This document shows, piece by piece, positions 31,185 to 40,065 of a stretch of 64,000 nt of DNA. Both the position numbers and the translations under genes were made by a program. The notes beneath the pieces were generated by a model. It did not search any database, was not told where the DNA came from, and saw only the letters and a list, made by a program, of their open reading frames with translations. The DNA lies in assembly GCA_963706025.1 (NCBI GenBank), contig CAVPLM010000020.1, positions 1-64,000 of the forward strand, read 5' to 3'. Position 1 is the first letter of the stretch; every line of letters begins with the position of its first letter. Origin of the DNA: an uncultured Actinomycetes bacterium. Lineage in GTDB: Bacteria > Actinomycetota > Thermoleophilia > RBG-16-64-13.

Positions 31185-32444
31185 ATGAGCGCCTACGAAG
31201 ACATCAGGCTCGAAGGGCACATCATCGACTCGCTTCTCTTGCCCCGGGTCCTCGACGACATCCTGGAGCGAGGCGGCGAGTACCGCATCCTCCGGTTCCG
31301 CATGGGGCGCGAGAAGGACGACCATTCCCTCGCTGTCCTTAGGGTCACCGCACCGACCCAGGAGCACCTGGACGCCATCTTGCGCGATCTGCAGCAACAC
31401 GGGGTGGAGATCATCGAGCAGGAAGATGTGCGTCTGGAACCGGCTCCCTCGGAGGGCGTCTTTCCGGAGGACTTCTACTCCACCACCAACCTCGAGACCT
31501 TCGTACGTCTGGACGGGCGCTGGATCCCGGTGCAATGGCCGGAGATGGACTGCGGCATCGTGGTCGATGCGGTCGCGGGTGCGGCTCGAACGGTGCCCTT
31601 GATCCAGGTTCGAGCCGGGGACTCGATCGTGGTCGGGACCCGCGGCATCCGGGCAGTGCCCCTGGGGCGCGATCGCGCCTCCCGGGCCTTCGAGTTCATG
31701 GGCTCGGCAATATCGTCGGAGAAACCGAAGCGCCTGGTGGTGGCCAGAGTAGCCCGGCTGATGCGGGATATCCGAGCCGAGGGCAAGAAGACGATCGCCG
31801 TGCTGGGACCGGCTGTGGTGCACACTGGGGCCGCCCCGGCCTTCGCCCGACTGGTGGCCGAAGGTTGGATCGACGTGGTCTTCGGGGGCAACGCCATCGC
31901 TGTGCACGACATCGAGTCGGCGTTCTTCAACACCTCACTCGGCATCAACCTGGCCGAGGGCGAATCGGTCGAAGGCGGCCACGAACATCATCTGCGCGCC
32001 ATCAACAGCATCCGCCGTTGCGGCGGCATCCGGCAGGCCGTGGAACAGGGTGTGCTCACCTCCGGCCTTTTCTACGAGATCGTCAAACAGGGCGTGCCCT
32101 ACGTCCTGGCTGGGTCCATCCGCGATGACGGCCCTCTGCCGGATGTCATCACCGATGCCATGGAGGCGCAGCAGCGCATGCGCGAGCATGTGCGCGACGC
32201 CGGGTTCTGTCTGATGCTCTGCAGCATGCTCCACTCCATCGCTACCGGCAATCTGCTGCCCGCGTCGGTCCACACCGTGTGCGTGGACATCAACCCGGCG
32301 GTGGCCACCAAGCTTTCGGATCGGGGAAGCTTTCAAACAATCGGGATCGTGACCGATGTGGGGCTCTTCCTGGACGAACTGGCCGCCCAGTTGAACGCTA
32401 CACCGAAGACCACGGGAGGCGACAAGCGTGAGACGGATGGCTGA
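31185..32444 (+). CDS. TIGR00300-family protein (ornithine cyclodeaminase-like; resembles the C-terminal part of ArgZ/AgrE)
   Basis: LEGHIIDS, GVFPEDFYSTTN, EMDC, FEFMGSAISSEKP, GPAVVHTG, GNAIAVHDIE, LAGSIRDDGPLP, MLHSIATGN, KLSDRGS; probable leaderless start after TTGGCA-17-CATAAT. Confidence 0.92.
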   Translation: MSAYEDIRLEGHIIDSLLLPRVLDDILERGGEYRILRFRMGREKDDHSLAVLRVTAPTQEHLDAILRDLQQHGVEIIEQEDVRLEPAPSEGVFPEDFYSTTNLETFVRLDGRWIPVQWPEMDCGIVVDAVAGAARTVPLIQVRAGDSIVVGTRGIRAVPLGRDRASRAFEFMGSAISSEKPKRLVVARVARLMRDIRAEGKKTIAVLGPAVVHTGAAPAFARLVAEGWIDVVFGGNAIAVHDIESAFFNTSLGINLAEGESVEGGHEHHLRAINSIRRCGGIRQAVEQGVLTSGLFYEIVKQGVPYVLAGSIRDDGPLPDVITDAMEAQQRMREHVRDAGFCLMLCSMLHSIATGNLLPASVHTVCVDINPAVATKLSDRGSFQTIGIVTDVGLFLDELAAQLNATPKTTGGDKRETDG

Positions 32445-32574
32445 CAGGATCGGGGAAGATGGCACCGGCCAAGAGGGCGCCAGATCGAAGCGTGGGATCA
32501 TCTTGATCCTGGCCGGACTAGCTCTGACCGGGCTTGTCGCGGGCTATAGCTGGTTGCGCGGTCTGCCCAGATAG
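32437..32574 (+). CDS. small single-TM protein (45 aa), not in the ORF track
   Basis: MADRIGEDGTGQEGARSKRGIILILAGLALTGLVAGYSWLRGLPR*, overlapping the upstream stop; basic residues precede the hydrophobic helix. Confidence 0.45.
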   Translation: MADRIGEDGTGQEGARSKRGIILILAGLALTGLVAGYSWLRGLPR

Positions 32575-32682
32575 GCGAAGGTCACCGACTCGACACCGGG
32601 TGGACCAGCAGCTGCAAGCTGCCGGGCGGGGCACCGCTGGTCGACGCTTTGCGGCCCCGCGGCGGCCGGCAGGGCGCGGTCG

Positions 32683-33468
32683 CTACCCTTCCTTGCGCAA
32701 CTTCCAGATCTGCTCTCCCGGCCAGCGCCTGTACCACTCCCGATCGGAGTCGTCACGGAAACTGCTGACGGCATCCGGGGTGGGCCGCAACTCGATGAGG
32801 TCTTCGACCACGAAACCGTGAGCCCGAAAGAGCCGGATCCACGCCCCGTAAGGGAGCATGAAGTCCACATAGCCCTCGAAAGGCAAGGCCCACATCCCGA
32901 AGTAGTTCATGAGCAGCCGATCTCCGGCATGATCGCTGTCCTCCGGGTAGCACATCTGGATGATCGGAGTCGCCCCGGAGAAGGCGAGCAACCCGCCCGG
33001 CCGTAGCAGACGGGCCGCCTCGGGCACGGTCGCGTAAGGGTCGGCGAAAGTCATGGCCCCGTAGTCGCAGAAAACGATGTCGAAGCTTTCGTCGGGAAGG
33101 GGCACGGCCTCAGCGCTCGCGTGCACCAGAGGGAAGTCCACTCCTGCCTCCACCATGAGACGGCGGGCATGGGCCAGTTGATTCTCGGACAAGTCCAACC
33201 CCACGGGCTTGGCACCCGCCCTGGCCAACGCGATCGACCACTGGGCGGCGCCACACCCCAGCTCCAGGATGTCGCGACCTGGCAGCTCTCCCAGTACCTG
33301 CAGCTGGCTTTCGGGGATCTGCCAAACTCCCCAGGCCAGACCACCGGAAGCCGCGAGCTGCGGACCGTGATCGGCCTGGTAGGTGTCGCTGTCGGCGTTC
33401 CAGCTCTCGCGATTGCCGGCCGCGTGGTCGGAGAGTGAACCAGGGTCGAGGTCCGGGATCTCCAGCAT
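32683..33468 (-). CDS. class I SAM-dependent methyltransferase
   Basis: ILELGCGAAQ, GLDLSENQL, FDIVFC, LLRPGG; RBS AAGGAG. Confidence 0.9.
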   Translation of the reverse strand: MLEIPDLDPGSLSDHAAGNRESWNADSDTYQADHGPQLAASGGLAWGVWQIPESQLQVLGELPGRDILELGCGAAQWSIALARAGAKPVGLDLSENQLAHARRLMVEAGVDFPLVHASAEAVPLPDESFDIVFCDYGAMTFADPYATVPEAARLLRPGGLLAFSGATPIIQMCYPEDSDHAGDRLLMNYFGMWALPFEGYVDFMLPYGAWIRLFRAHGFVVEDLIELRPTPDAVSSFRDDSDREWYRRWPGEQIWKLRKEG

Positions 33469-33480
33469 GTTCCACTCCTT

Positions 33481-33498
33481 AGAACTCGTTTCAGAATG
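33481..33498 (+). repeat. dispersed 18-bp motif, copy 2
   Basis: AGAACTCGTTTCAGAATG, identical to 16175-16192. Confidence 0.8.
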
Positions 33499-33613
33499 AA
33501 GTCCTGGCGCCGCTTCATGCATCCTACCCCGGGCGAGTGCCGAACGTGAGAAGATTGCACACGCAACTGGCAGACCTACTCGACCTCCGGCACAGCGGGG
33601 AAAGGCGAGACCG

Positions 33614-34129
33614 ATGCAAGAACAGGTGAACCCCCGAGTACTCCTCGGCACCTCACACGGAGATATCACTCTTGAGCTCGACCAGGAGAGGGCTCCCGTC
33701 ACCAGCGAGAACTTCCTCGCCTATGTGGCCTCCGGCCACTTCGATGGGACCGTGTTCCACCGGGTGATCCCGGGCTTCATGATCCAGGGGGGTGGGTTCA
33801 CGGCGGACATGCTGCAGAAGCCCACGAAACCTCCCATCACGAATGAAGCCGATAACGGGCTCAAGAACGGCCGGGGGACCATAGCCATGGCTCGGACCTC
33901 CGACCCGCACAGCGCCGGCAGCCAGTTCTTCATCAATCTCAAGGACAACGACTTCCTCGACCACAAGGCCAAGACTCCGCAGGGGTGGGGATACGCAGTG
34001 TTCGGAGAGGTGGTAGAGGGTATGGATGTAGTGGACGCCATAGCCCAGGTGCAGACCGGAACATCTGGGCCCCACTCGGACGTCCCCAAGGAACCGGTGG
34101 TCATACACAGGGCGAGCCTGCTGGAGTAG
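33614..34129 (+). CDS. ppiB: cyclophilin-type peptidyl-prolyl cis-trans isomerase
   Basis: [43 protein letters not shown]. Confidence 0.95.
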   Translation: MQEQVNPRVLLGTSHGDITLELDQERAPVTSENFLAYVASGHFDGTVFHRVIPGFMIQGGGFTADMLQKPTKPPITNEADNGLKNGRGTIAMARTSDPHSAGSQFFINLKDNDFLDHKAKTPQGWGYAVFGEVVEGMDVVDAIAQVQTGTSGPHSDVPKEPVVIHRASLLE

Positions 34130-34190
34130 CGACGCCTCAGTCTCTGCCGGTACCATTAGCAGGGTAAGGAGAACGGGAGAAAGCGCTGCC

Positions 34191-35507
34191 ATGAAGTCCC
34201 CGCCGACCAGAGGCCGAGCGACGGCTCCTTCGTGGGCGCCTAGGGCTCGTTTCAGAATGACGCTTTGCCGACAGGGTGCGATCGGCACGACCGGGTCCCT
34301 GCTCGCGGCGGTGCTGCTCGCTTTGGTCGTGCTTCTCGGTCCGGTGGCGCCGGCGTCGGCCTCGACCCAGGTGGCCAGAGAGAGGATCACGGCCGCGGTC
34401 CGGGAGGAGCCCAGCCCTCCGGCTATTACCGCGACCGCGGCGATCGTGGTCGATATGGACTCCGGGCGCATAGTCTACTCGCACAACGCCAACGCCCGCC
34501 TACCGATGGCCTCTACCACCAAGATCATGACAGCGGTCGTGGTGCTGGAGTCGCTACCGCTGGACACCAAGGTCACCATATCCGGAGAGGCCGCGTCGAC
34601 CGCGGGGTCGTCGCTGGGACTCCAAAGAGGCGAAGTGCTCACCGCAGAGCAACTCATGTACTGCTTGTTGGTTCCCAGCGCCAACGACGCCGCGGTCGCG
34701 CTGGCGCAGGCGACCGCCGGAAGCATCAAAGGATTCGTCGATATGATGAACGCGAAGGCCAAGTCCCTGGACCTCTCCAACACCCGCTTCGTCAATCCCA
34801 GCGGGTTGCATGCCGAGAAGCACTTCTCGTCCGCGAAGGATCTGGCCGCGCTGACTCAGTACGCGATGCAGGACCCGGTGTTCCGCCGCATCGTGGCCAC
34901 CCACGCGTACGATCTGCCGCGGCCGGGCCAGGAGGCTCCGCGAAAGCTGAAGAACCACAACGCGCTGCTCGGTTGGCACGCGTGGGTGACGGGAGTGAAG
35001 ACGGGGTCCACCCCCTATGCTGACTACTGCCTGGTCGCCTCGGGCACGAAGGACGGAGTCTCTCTTGTCAGCGTGCTTCTGGGCGCGAAGGATGACGACA
35101 CGCGCTGGAGCGAGAGCAAGGCGCTGCTCGAATACGGTTATGCCCGCTACTCTCGGACGGTCCTCGCCGACCAGGGCCGGCTGGTGACCGAACTCGACGC
35201 CCCCCACAGCCTGGGCCGGAAGGTCCGGCTGGTCGCCGGGCAGACCCTTGTCGCCAGTCTGTTCGAGGGTGACGTCGTCACCAGTACCGCGACGGTGGAC
35301 CGGGACGTAGCGCTCCCGGTGGAAGTGGGAGACGTCTACGGGACCATCGAGTTCACTCTGGAGGGCGAGAAGATAGGCTCGGTGGACTTGGTCGCCGCCC
35401 AGCCGATCGAGAGGGTCACCCTGGCAATGCTCCTGAGCCAATGGCAGGAGCAGCTGCCATGGGGACTGCGCCTCGATGGTCTGTTCGGAGCTGCTTCCGT
35501 CCAGTGA
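34191..35507 (+). CDS. D-alanyl-D-alanine carboxypeptidase (peptidase S11); true start may be 34257 or later
   Basis: SxxK ASTTK, SxN SAND, KTG (GVKTGST), NPSGL, signal peptide, PBP5-like C-terminal domain. Confidence 0.93.
   Translation: MKSPPTRGRATAPSWAPRARFRMTLCRQGAIGTTGSLLAAVLLALVVLLGPVAPASASTQVARERITAAVREEPSPPAITATAAIVVDMDSGRIVYSHNANARLPMASTTKIMTAVVVLESLPLDTKVTISGEAASTAGSSLGLQRGEVLTAEQLMYCLLVPSANDAAVALAQATAGSIKGFVDMMNAKAKSLDLSNTRFVNPSGLHAEKHFSSAKDLAALTQYAMQDPVFRRIVATHAYDLPRPGQEAPRKLKNHNALLGWHAWVTGVKTGSTPYADYCLVASGTKDGVSLVSVLLGAKDDDTRWSESKALLEYGYARYSRTVLADQGRLVTELDAPHSLGRKVRLVAGQTLVASLFEGDVVTSTATVDRDVALPVEVGDVYGTIEFTLEGEKIGSVDLVAAQPIERVTLAMLLSQWQEQLPWGLRLDGLFGAASVQ
34242..34259 (+). repeat. 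dispersed 18-bp motif, copy 3 (16/18)
   Basis: AGGGCTCGTTTCAGAATG, preceded by T. Confidence 0.65.
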
Positions 35508-35539
35508 CGACGCCGGCAGAGCCGCCCGCCCCGCGTCTC

Positions 35540-36508
35540 TTACAGGCCCTGCTTCATCCAGCGAGTGTAGGTCCTCCGGACCGACATGCCCACGTGTTCG
35601 TACAGACCCAGAGCGCCCGTCCGAGAGTCGGTCGAGACTCCGCACTGCCGTCGGCCAAGGGCCCAGTAACGCCGGAAGCTCTCCTCCAGAAGCGCCCTGC
35701 CGAGGCCCTGTCCACGGTGCGCCCTTTCCACCGCGATCTCATCGATCCAGCCCTCGACATCCGCCCCGTAGTCATATCCGATCGCCGCTCCCACTATGCA
35801 GGTACCGTCGTCGACAAGAACCACCAGTTCGGGCGGCACCTTGTAGAGGATGGCGGCGACCCAGTTATCGAATCCCATGGATTCACTCGATAGCCCGCGC
35901 CACTCCTCGAAGGCCGCGTCGATGAGCGTGAAGATCTCACGGTCGTCCTCCCCGGGGCGATAGGGCCGGAAGCGGTAGCCCGCGGGCAGCACGGTCGGGG
36001 GTGGTGGATCGGATAGGTCGATGCGAAGGATCCAGGAGGTATGGCCGTACTCATAGCCGTTGGCCCGGAACAAAGCCTCTGCAGCCTTCTCGTTCTCCGA
36101 TATCGTCTGACCCACGCGTACCCGACCCTCGCCGCGCGCGACCTCCCATGTCCAGCACATCAAGGCGCTGCCGATCCCTCGCTCCCGATGCTCGGGATGG
36201 ACGAGTGCTTCAGCCCGGCCCCGAAAGACCTGAGCGTAGCCCACCAACTGATCACCCAGAAAGACCCCGATCGACATGATGGCCGGGTCGAAATCGGGCT
36301 GCCGCCATTCGGCTTCCAGGTCGGAGAGATCGACTTCGACGACGCCGTCATCATAGGCCTCTCCCACCGCTTCCAGCTCCCAGACGGCGATGATGTCGCC
36401 CGCCGTCAGCGGGCGCGAGACGTAACCCAGAGGCAGGGCGCCGAGCAACGGCGGGCCGGCGACCGCACTCCTCTCGGGGGAGCTTCTGGGATCATCCCGG
36501 TTCGGCAT
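35540..36508 (-). CDS. tandem GNAT acetyltransferase (MshD-like architecture)
   Basis: Two acetyl-CoA motifs: VHPEHRERGIGSAL and VERAHRGQGLGRALL; ALGLYEHVGM. Confidence 0.88.
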   Translation of the reverse strand: MPNRDDPRSSPERSAVAGPPLLGALPLGYVSRPLTAGDIIAVWELEAVGEAYDDGVVEVDLSDLEAEWRQPDFDPAIMSIGVFLGDQLVGYAQVFRGRAEALVHPEHRERGIGSALMCWTWEVARGEGRVRVGQTISENEKAAEALFRANGYEYGHTSWILRIDLSDPPPPTVLPAGYRFRPYRPGEDDREIFTLIDAAFEEWRGLSSESMGFDNWVAAILYKVPPELVVLVDDGTCIVGAAIGYDYGADVEGWIDEIAVERAHRGQGLGRALLEESFRRYWALGRRQCGVSTDSRTGALGLYEHVGMSVRRTYTRWMKQGL

Positions 36509-36626
36509 CGGTGCTCACCTCCTTACACGCACCGGACCATTCTGCCAGAACCCTTTGAGTCGGGGCAGACTCCAGGCAAGTCCCCGCCTCTTACGGCCCG
36601 GCCGCGCGACCTGATAGCCTGGGAGC

Positions 36627-37646
36627 ATGCTACCGCCGCTTCTGATCGTCAATCCCGCTTGTGGCGCGCGCAGCACGGCGCGCGGCCTACCCCAGATCCT
36701 GGCCGGAGTGGAGCAAGTGCTTGGCGACGTGGTCATCCGGTACACGTCCCGGCGGGGGCACGCCCGCGAGCTGGCTCTGGAGGGCGCCCGCGAGGGCTAT
36801 CCGCTCATCGTGGCCGTTGGAGGCGACGGCACCTTCAGCGAGGTGGCGAACGGCGTGTTGACAATGGCGGATCAGTCACCCGTAGCCGGCGTCGCAACCG
36901 TTGCGACCAGTGGTCTGGCGGTCGGCCCGGCGGTCGGCCCGGCGGTGGGCCCGGCGGTGGGCCCGGCGGTCGGCCTCATAAACGTGGGCACAGGCGGTGA
37001 TTTCCGTCGCAGCCTGGGGATCGAGGCCGGGGTCGAGCGCTGTCTGGAGGCGCTGGCCTCGGGACGAGAGCGCATGGTGGACGTTGGTCGAGCGTCCTTC
37101 CGGGGGATGGATGGCAGGCCCGTGGAGCAGTACTTCGTGAACGTGTTGTCGGCAGGCTTGGGCGGTCTGGTCGACCGCTACATCGACCGAATGCCGTCTT
37201 TCATCGGAGGGCGCGTCGGCTACTATTTGGCCGCCCTGGGAGCGGTGATCGTCAGTAAGGAACAGCCGCTCAGGGCACGGATCACATGGCAGGGAGAGAC
37301 GCGGGAGGAGATCATCCCCGCTTACTTGGTCGCGGTCTGCAACGGCCGCTGGTTCGGCGGCGGCATGGACGTCGCCCCCATGGCCCTTCCGGACGATGGG
37401 CGCCTGGAAGTGGTGACCGTCACGGCGCGCAGCAAGCCCTACTTGGCCGACCGGGTCCGTGGGGTCTACACCGGACGCCATCTGGAAGAACCCACCGTGC
37501 ATCATTTCCCCTGTGAAGGGTTGGAGCTGCGGCTGGAGCAGGAAGCGGCCGAGCGCCGCTTCCTGCTCGATGTCGATGGAGAGGCGCTCGGCTCGCTCCC
37601 GCTCCGCATAGAAGTGATGCCGAGACGGTTGCGGGTGCGGGCGTGA
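36627..37646 (+). CDS. diacylglycerol-kinase-family (YegS/DAGK) lipid kinase
   Basis: IVNP, VGGDGTFSEV, GTGGDF, NGRWFGGGM, DDGRL, DVDGE. Confidence 0.92.
   Translation: MLPPLLIVNPACGARSTARGLPQILAGVEQVLGDVVIRYTSRRGHARELALEGAREGYPLIVAVGGDGTFSEVANGVLTMADQSPVAGVATVATSGLAVGPAVGPAVGPAVGPAVGLINVGTGGDFRRSLGIEAGVERCLEALASGRERMVDVGRASFRGMDGRPVEQYFVNVLSAGLGGLVDRYIDRMPSFIGGRVGYYLAALGAVIVSKEQPLRARITWQGETREEIIPAYLVAVCNGRWFGGGMDVAPMALPDDGRLEVVTVTARSKPYLADRVRGVYTGRHLEEPTVHHFPCEGLELRLEQEAAERRFLLDVDGEALGSLPLRIEVMPRRLRVRA
36917..36975 (+). repeat. coding 12-bp tandem repeat GGCGGTSGGCCC, ~4.9 copies (AVGP repeats)
   Basis: Units start at 36917, 36929, 36941, 36953 and 36965. Confidence 0.95.
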
Positions 37647-37690
37647 CCTCCCGCGTGTGACCGCGTGCACGTGACCCCTGGGACTTGACC

Positions 37691-38551
37691 ATGCGCCCCG
37701 ATGTGGCCGAACTGCTCATCTGTCCTCACTGCGGAGGTGGCCTTTCCTTGGCCGGTCCTGCTCTACGCTGCGCCGGTGGCCACTCGTTCGATATCGCCCG
37801 CCAGGGCTACGTGAACCTTCTTCCCGGTGGCCACCGCCCAGGGACCGGAGACACCGCCTCCATGGTGCGCGCCCGCGACACCTTCCTCAGAGCGGGTCAC
37901 TTCGCGGGGCTCCGGCACGCTACCGTCGAGACCGCGGCGCGCGCCCTCCTCGAAGTGCCCAAGCAGACGGACCCGGCCCAGGGCTGCATCATCGACGTGG
38001 GCGCCGGGACCGGCTACTACCTGGCTGGAGTGCTCGACCGGCTGCCTGGCCGCGTCGGCCTGGCCCTCGATATATCCAAGTTCGCCCTGCGAACGGCGGC
38101 CCGCGCCCACGAGCGTATGGGCGCGGTCGCCTGTGACACCTGGCAGCGACTTCCGGTCCGCGACCACTGTGCAGTCCTCATCCTCGACGTCTTCGCGCCG
38201 CGCAACCCGCCCGAGTTCAGGCGGCTCCTCGAACCACGGGGCCGACTGGTCGTGGTCACTCCCACCGATCGCCACCTTTGTGAGCTTGTCCCGGCCCTCG
38301 GCCTGCTCACAGTGGACACGCGGAAGCAGGAGCGCCTGGACGCCAGACTGGCCGACGACTTCGCGCAGACGGAGTCGATCCACCACGAAGAGCTGCTGGT
38401 GCTCGATCCTGAGGAGATCGCCGCACTGGCCGGCATGGGACCGAGTGCCTATCACATCCCGGCCGAAGAGCTCGTCCAGAAGGCCGCCCTACTACCCGAT
38501 AAGGTGACGCTCACCGTGTCGGTCACCATATCCGTCTATCGACCCGCGTGA
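37691..38551 (+). CDS. RlmA-like 23S rRNA m1G methyltransferase
   Basis: Zn ribbon CPHC...C..GHSFDIARQGYVNLL, GDTASMVRAR..FL, DVGAGTGYY, LDISK, FAPRN. Confidence 0.85.
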   Translation: MRPDVAELLICPHCGGGLSLAGPALRCAGGHSFDIARQGYVNLLPGGHRPGTGDTASMVRARDTFLRAGHFAGLRHATVETAARALLEVPKQTDPAQGCIIDVGAGTGYYLAGVLDRLPGRVGLALDISKFALRTAARAHERMGAVACDTWQRLPVRDHCAVLILDVFAPRNPPEFRRLLEPRGRLVVVTPTDRHLCELVPALGLLTVDTRKQERLDARLADDFAQTESIHHEELLVLDPEEIAALAGMGPSAYHIPAEELVQKAALLPDKVTLTVSVTISVYRPA

Positions 38552-38580
38552 TGCTTCCCGTACCCGCCTGCGACCAGGCG

Positions 38581-39513
38581 CTAGCCCACTCTGGTGTTCA
38601 GGTAGTGCATGGCATGGTAGACGGCGAACGCTCCCCGGGCGCAGGCGGTCACGACCTGCTTCAACTCGTAGTCGGACACGTCGCCTGCCGCGTAGAGACC
38701 CGTGGTTGAGGTCAGGCCGTTCCGGTCGACCTTGACGAAGCCGAGCGCGTCCAGTTCACACAGATCGGCGACCAAAGCACTCTGCGCGTCGATACCCACG
38801 TACTCGAACACCCCGTCCACCGGCAGGATCTCCACACTATCGTCTTCTTTGGAACGCAGCCGCAGGCCGGTGAGCTTGCCCCCTTCGCCCATTATCTCGT
38901 CGATCACGCACGAGAGGTGCATGATGATCTTGGGGTTGAAGAAGCACTGTTCCTGGAGGCAGGGAGTGGCTCGGAACTCCTCCCGTCGATGGATCAGGTG
39001 CACCTCGGTGGCGAGCTTGCTCAGGTAGAGCGCCTCTTGAGTGGCCGAGTCTCCTCCGCCGATCACGGCCACCACTTTGTCACGGTAGAGGGGCCCGTCG
39101 CAGGTCGCACACCACGACACGCCACGACCGGTGAACTCCGCCTCCCCCGGCACGCCCAGTTTCTTGGGGATGGCTCCAGTAGCCAATATGACCGCGCGGG
39201 CCTCGACCTCCTCACCATTGACCGTGAGCACGAAATCGGATCCGTCGGGACGGATCGCCTCCACCGGGGAGATGGTACGAAACTCGGCGCCCGCGGTCTG
39301 GGCCTGTTTGAGCATGAGCTCGGCCAGGTCGTATCCGGAGACGCCGTCCGGAAAACCGGGATAGTTCTCCACCCAGGAGGCGGATACGATCTGACCACCC
39401 GTCAGCCCGGTCTCGAAGACCACGGTACGAGCACGGCCCCTCGCGCCGTAGATGGCTGCCGTGAGCCCGGCCGGTCCGCCACCCACGATCGCGATGTCTA
39501 TCTTGTCCGCCAC
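38581..39513 (-). CDS. trxB: thioredoxin-disulfide reductase
   Basis: GGGPAGLTAA, VENYPGF, GRGVSWCATCDG, GGGDSA, HRR, GLYAAGD; GTG start after GGGAGG. Confidence 0.93.
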   Translation of the reverse strand: MADKIDIAIVGGGPAGLTAAIYGARGRARTVVFETGLTGGQIVSASWVENYPGFPDGVSGYDLAELMLKQAQTAGAEFRTISPVEAIRPDGSDFVLTVNGEEVEARAVILATGAIPKKLGVPGEAEFTGRGVSWCATCDGPLYRDKVVAVIGGGDSATQEALYLSKLATEVHLIHRREEFRATPCLQEQCFFNPKIIMHLSCVIDEIMGEGGKLTGLRLRSKEDDSVEILPVDGVFEYVGIDAQSALVADLCELDALGFVKVDRNGLTSTTGLYAAGDVSDYELKQVVTACARGAFAVYHAMHYLNTRVG

Positions 39514-39666
39514 GCTTGCCCTCCCTGTGCGCTTCGGCTGGTGTGCGTGCCTATTATGCCCGGCTGTAGCCAAGTCTACCCCTGCTGCCGCGCGGGCGCG
39601 CGAGCACGTTCCGGCCGGCCTGCTAACATCTGTGCCACGCGCAACCCTCTCAAGTAGGAGCACTCC

Positions 39667-40026
39667 ATGGCCGACGGACCGTTTCGCATGATCGTGCGCC
39701 AAGGCATCAAGCCCGGGAAGCTGGACGAATTCAAGAAGATGGCAGAGGGATTGACGGCAGGCGCCGAGGCCAATGAGCCCACCACGCTTGCTTATGAGTG
39801 GTTCATCGACGAGGACGGCTCCAGTTGCTACCTGATCGAGTCCTACGGCAATGCGGAAGCGTTCCTGCTCCACTTCCAGGGCTTGGGGTCGAAACTCGAC
39901 GCCCTGCTCGAGCTCTCGCCGCTCGAAGAGATGGTCGTGCTCGGTGATCCCAGCCCTGAGGTCAAAGAGATGCTTGCCGGCCTCGGGGCCAAGTTCTACT
40001 CTCTACACGTCGGTTTCGCACGATAG
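39667..40026 (+). CDS. ABM-like (putative quinol monooxygenase) protein
   Basis: IKPGKLDEFK, EPTTLAYEWF, ESY.NAEAFLLH; RBS AGGAG. Confidence 0.8.
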   Translation: MADGPFRMIVRQGIKPGKLDEFKKMAEGLTAGAEANEPTTLAYEWFIDEDGSSCYLIESYGNAEAFLLHFQGLGSKLDALLELSPLEEMVVLGDPSPEVKEMLAGLGAKFYSLHVGFAR

Positions 40027-40065
40027 GGCGTTGCGAGCCCACGCTGACGCCACCGGGCTCGGGGC

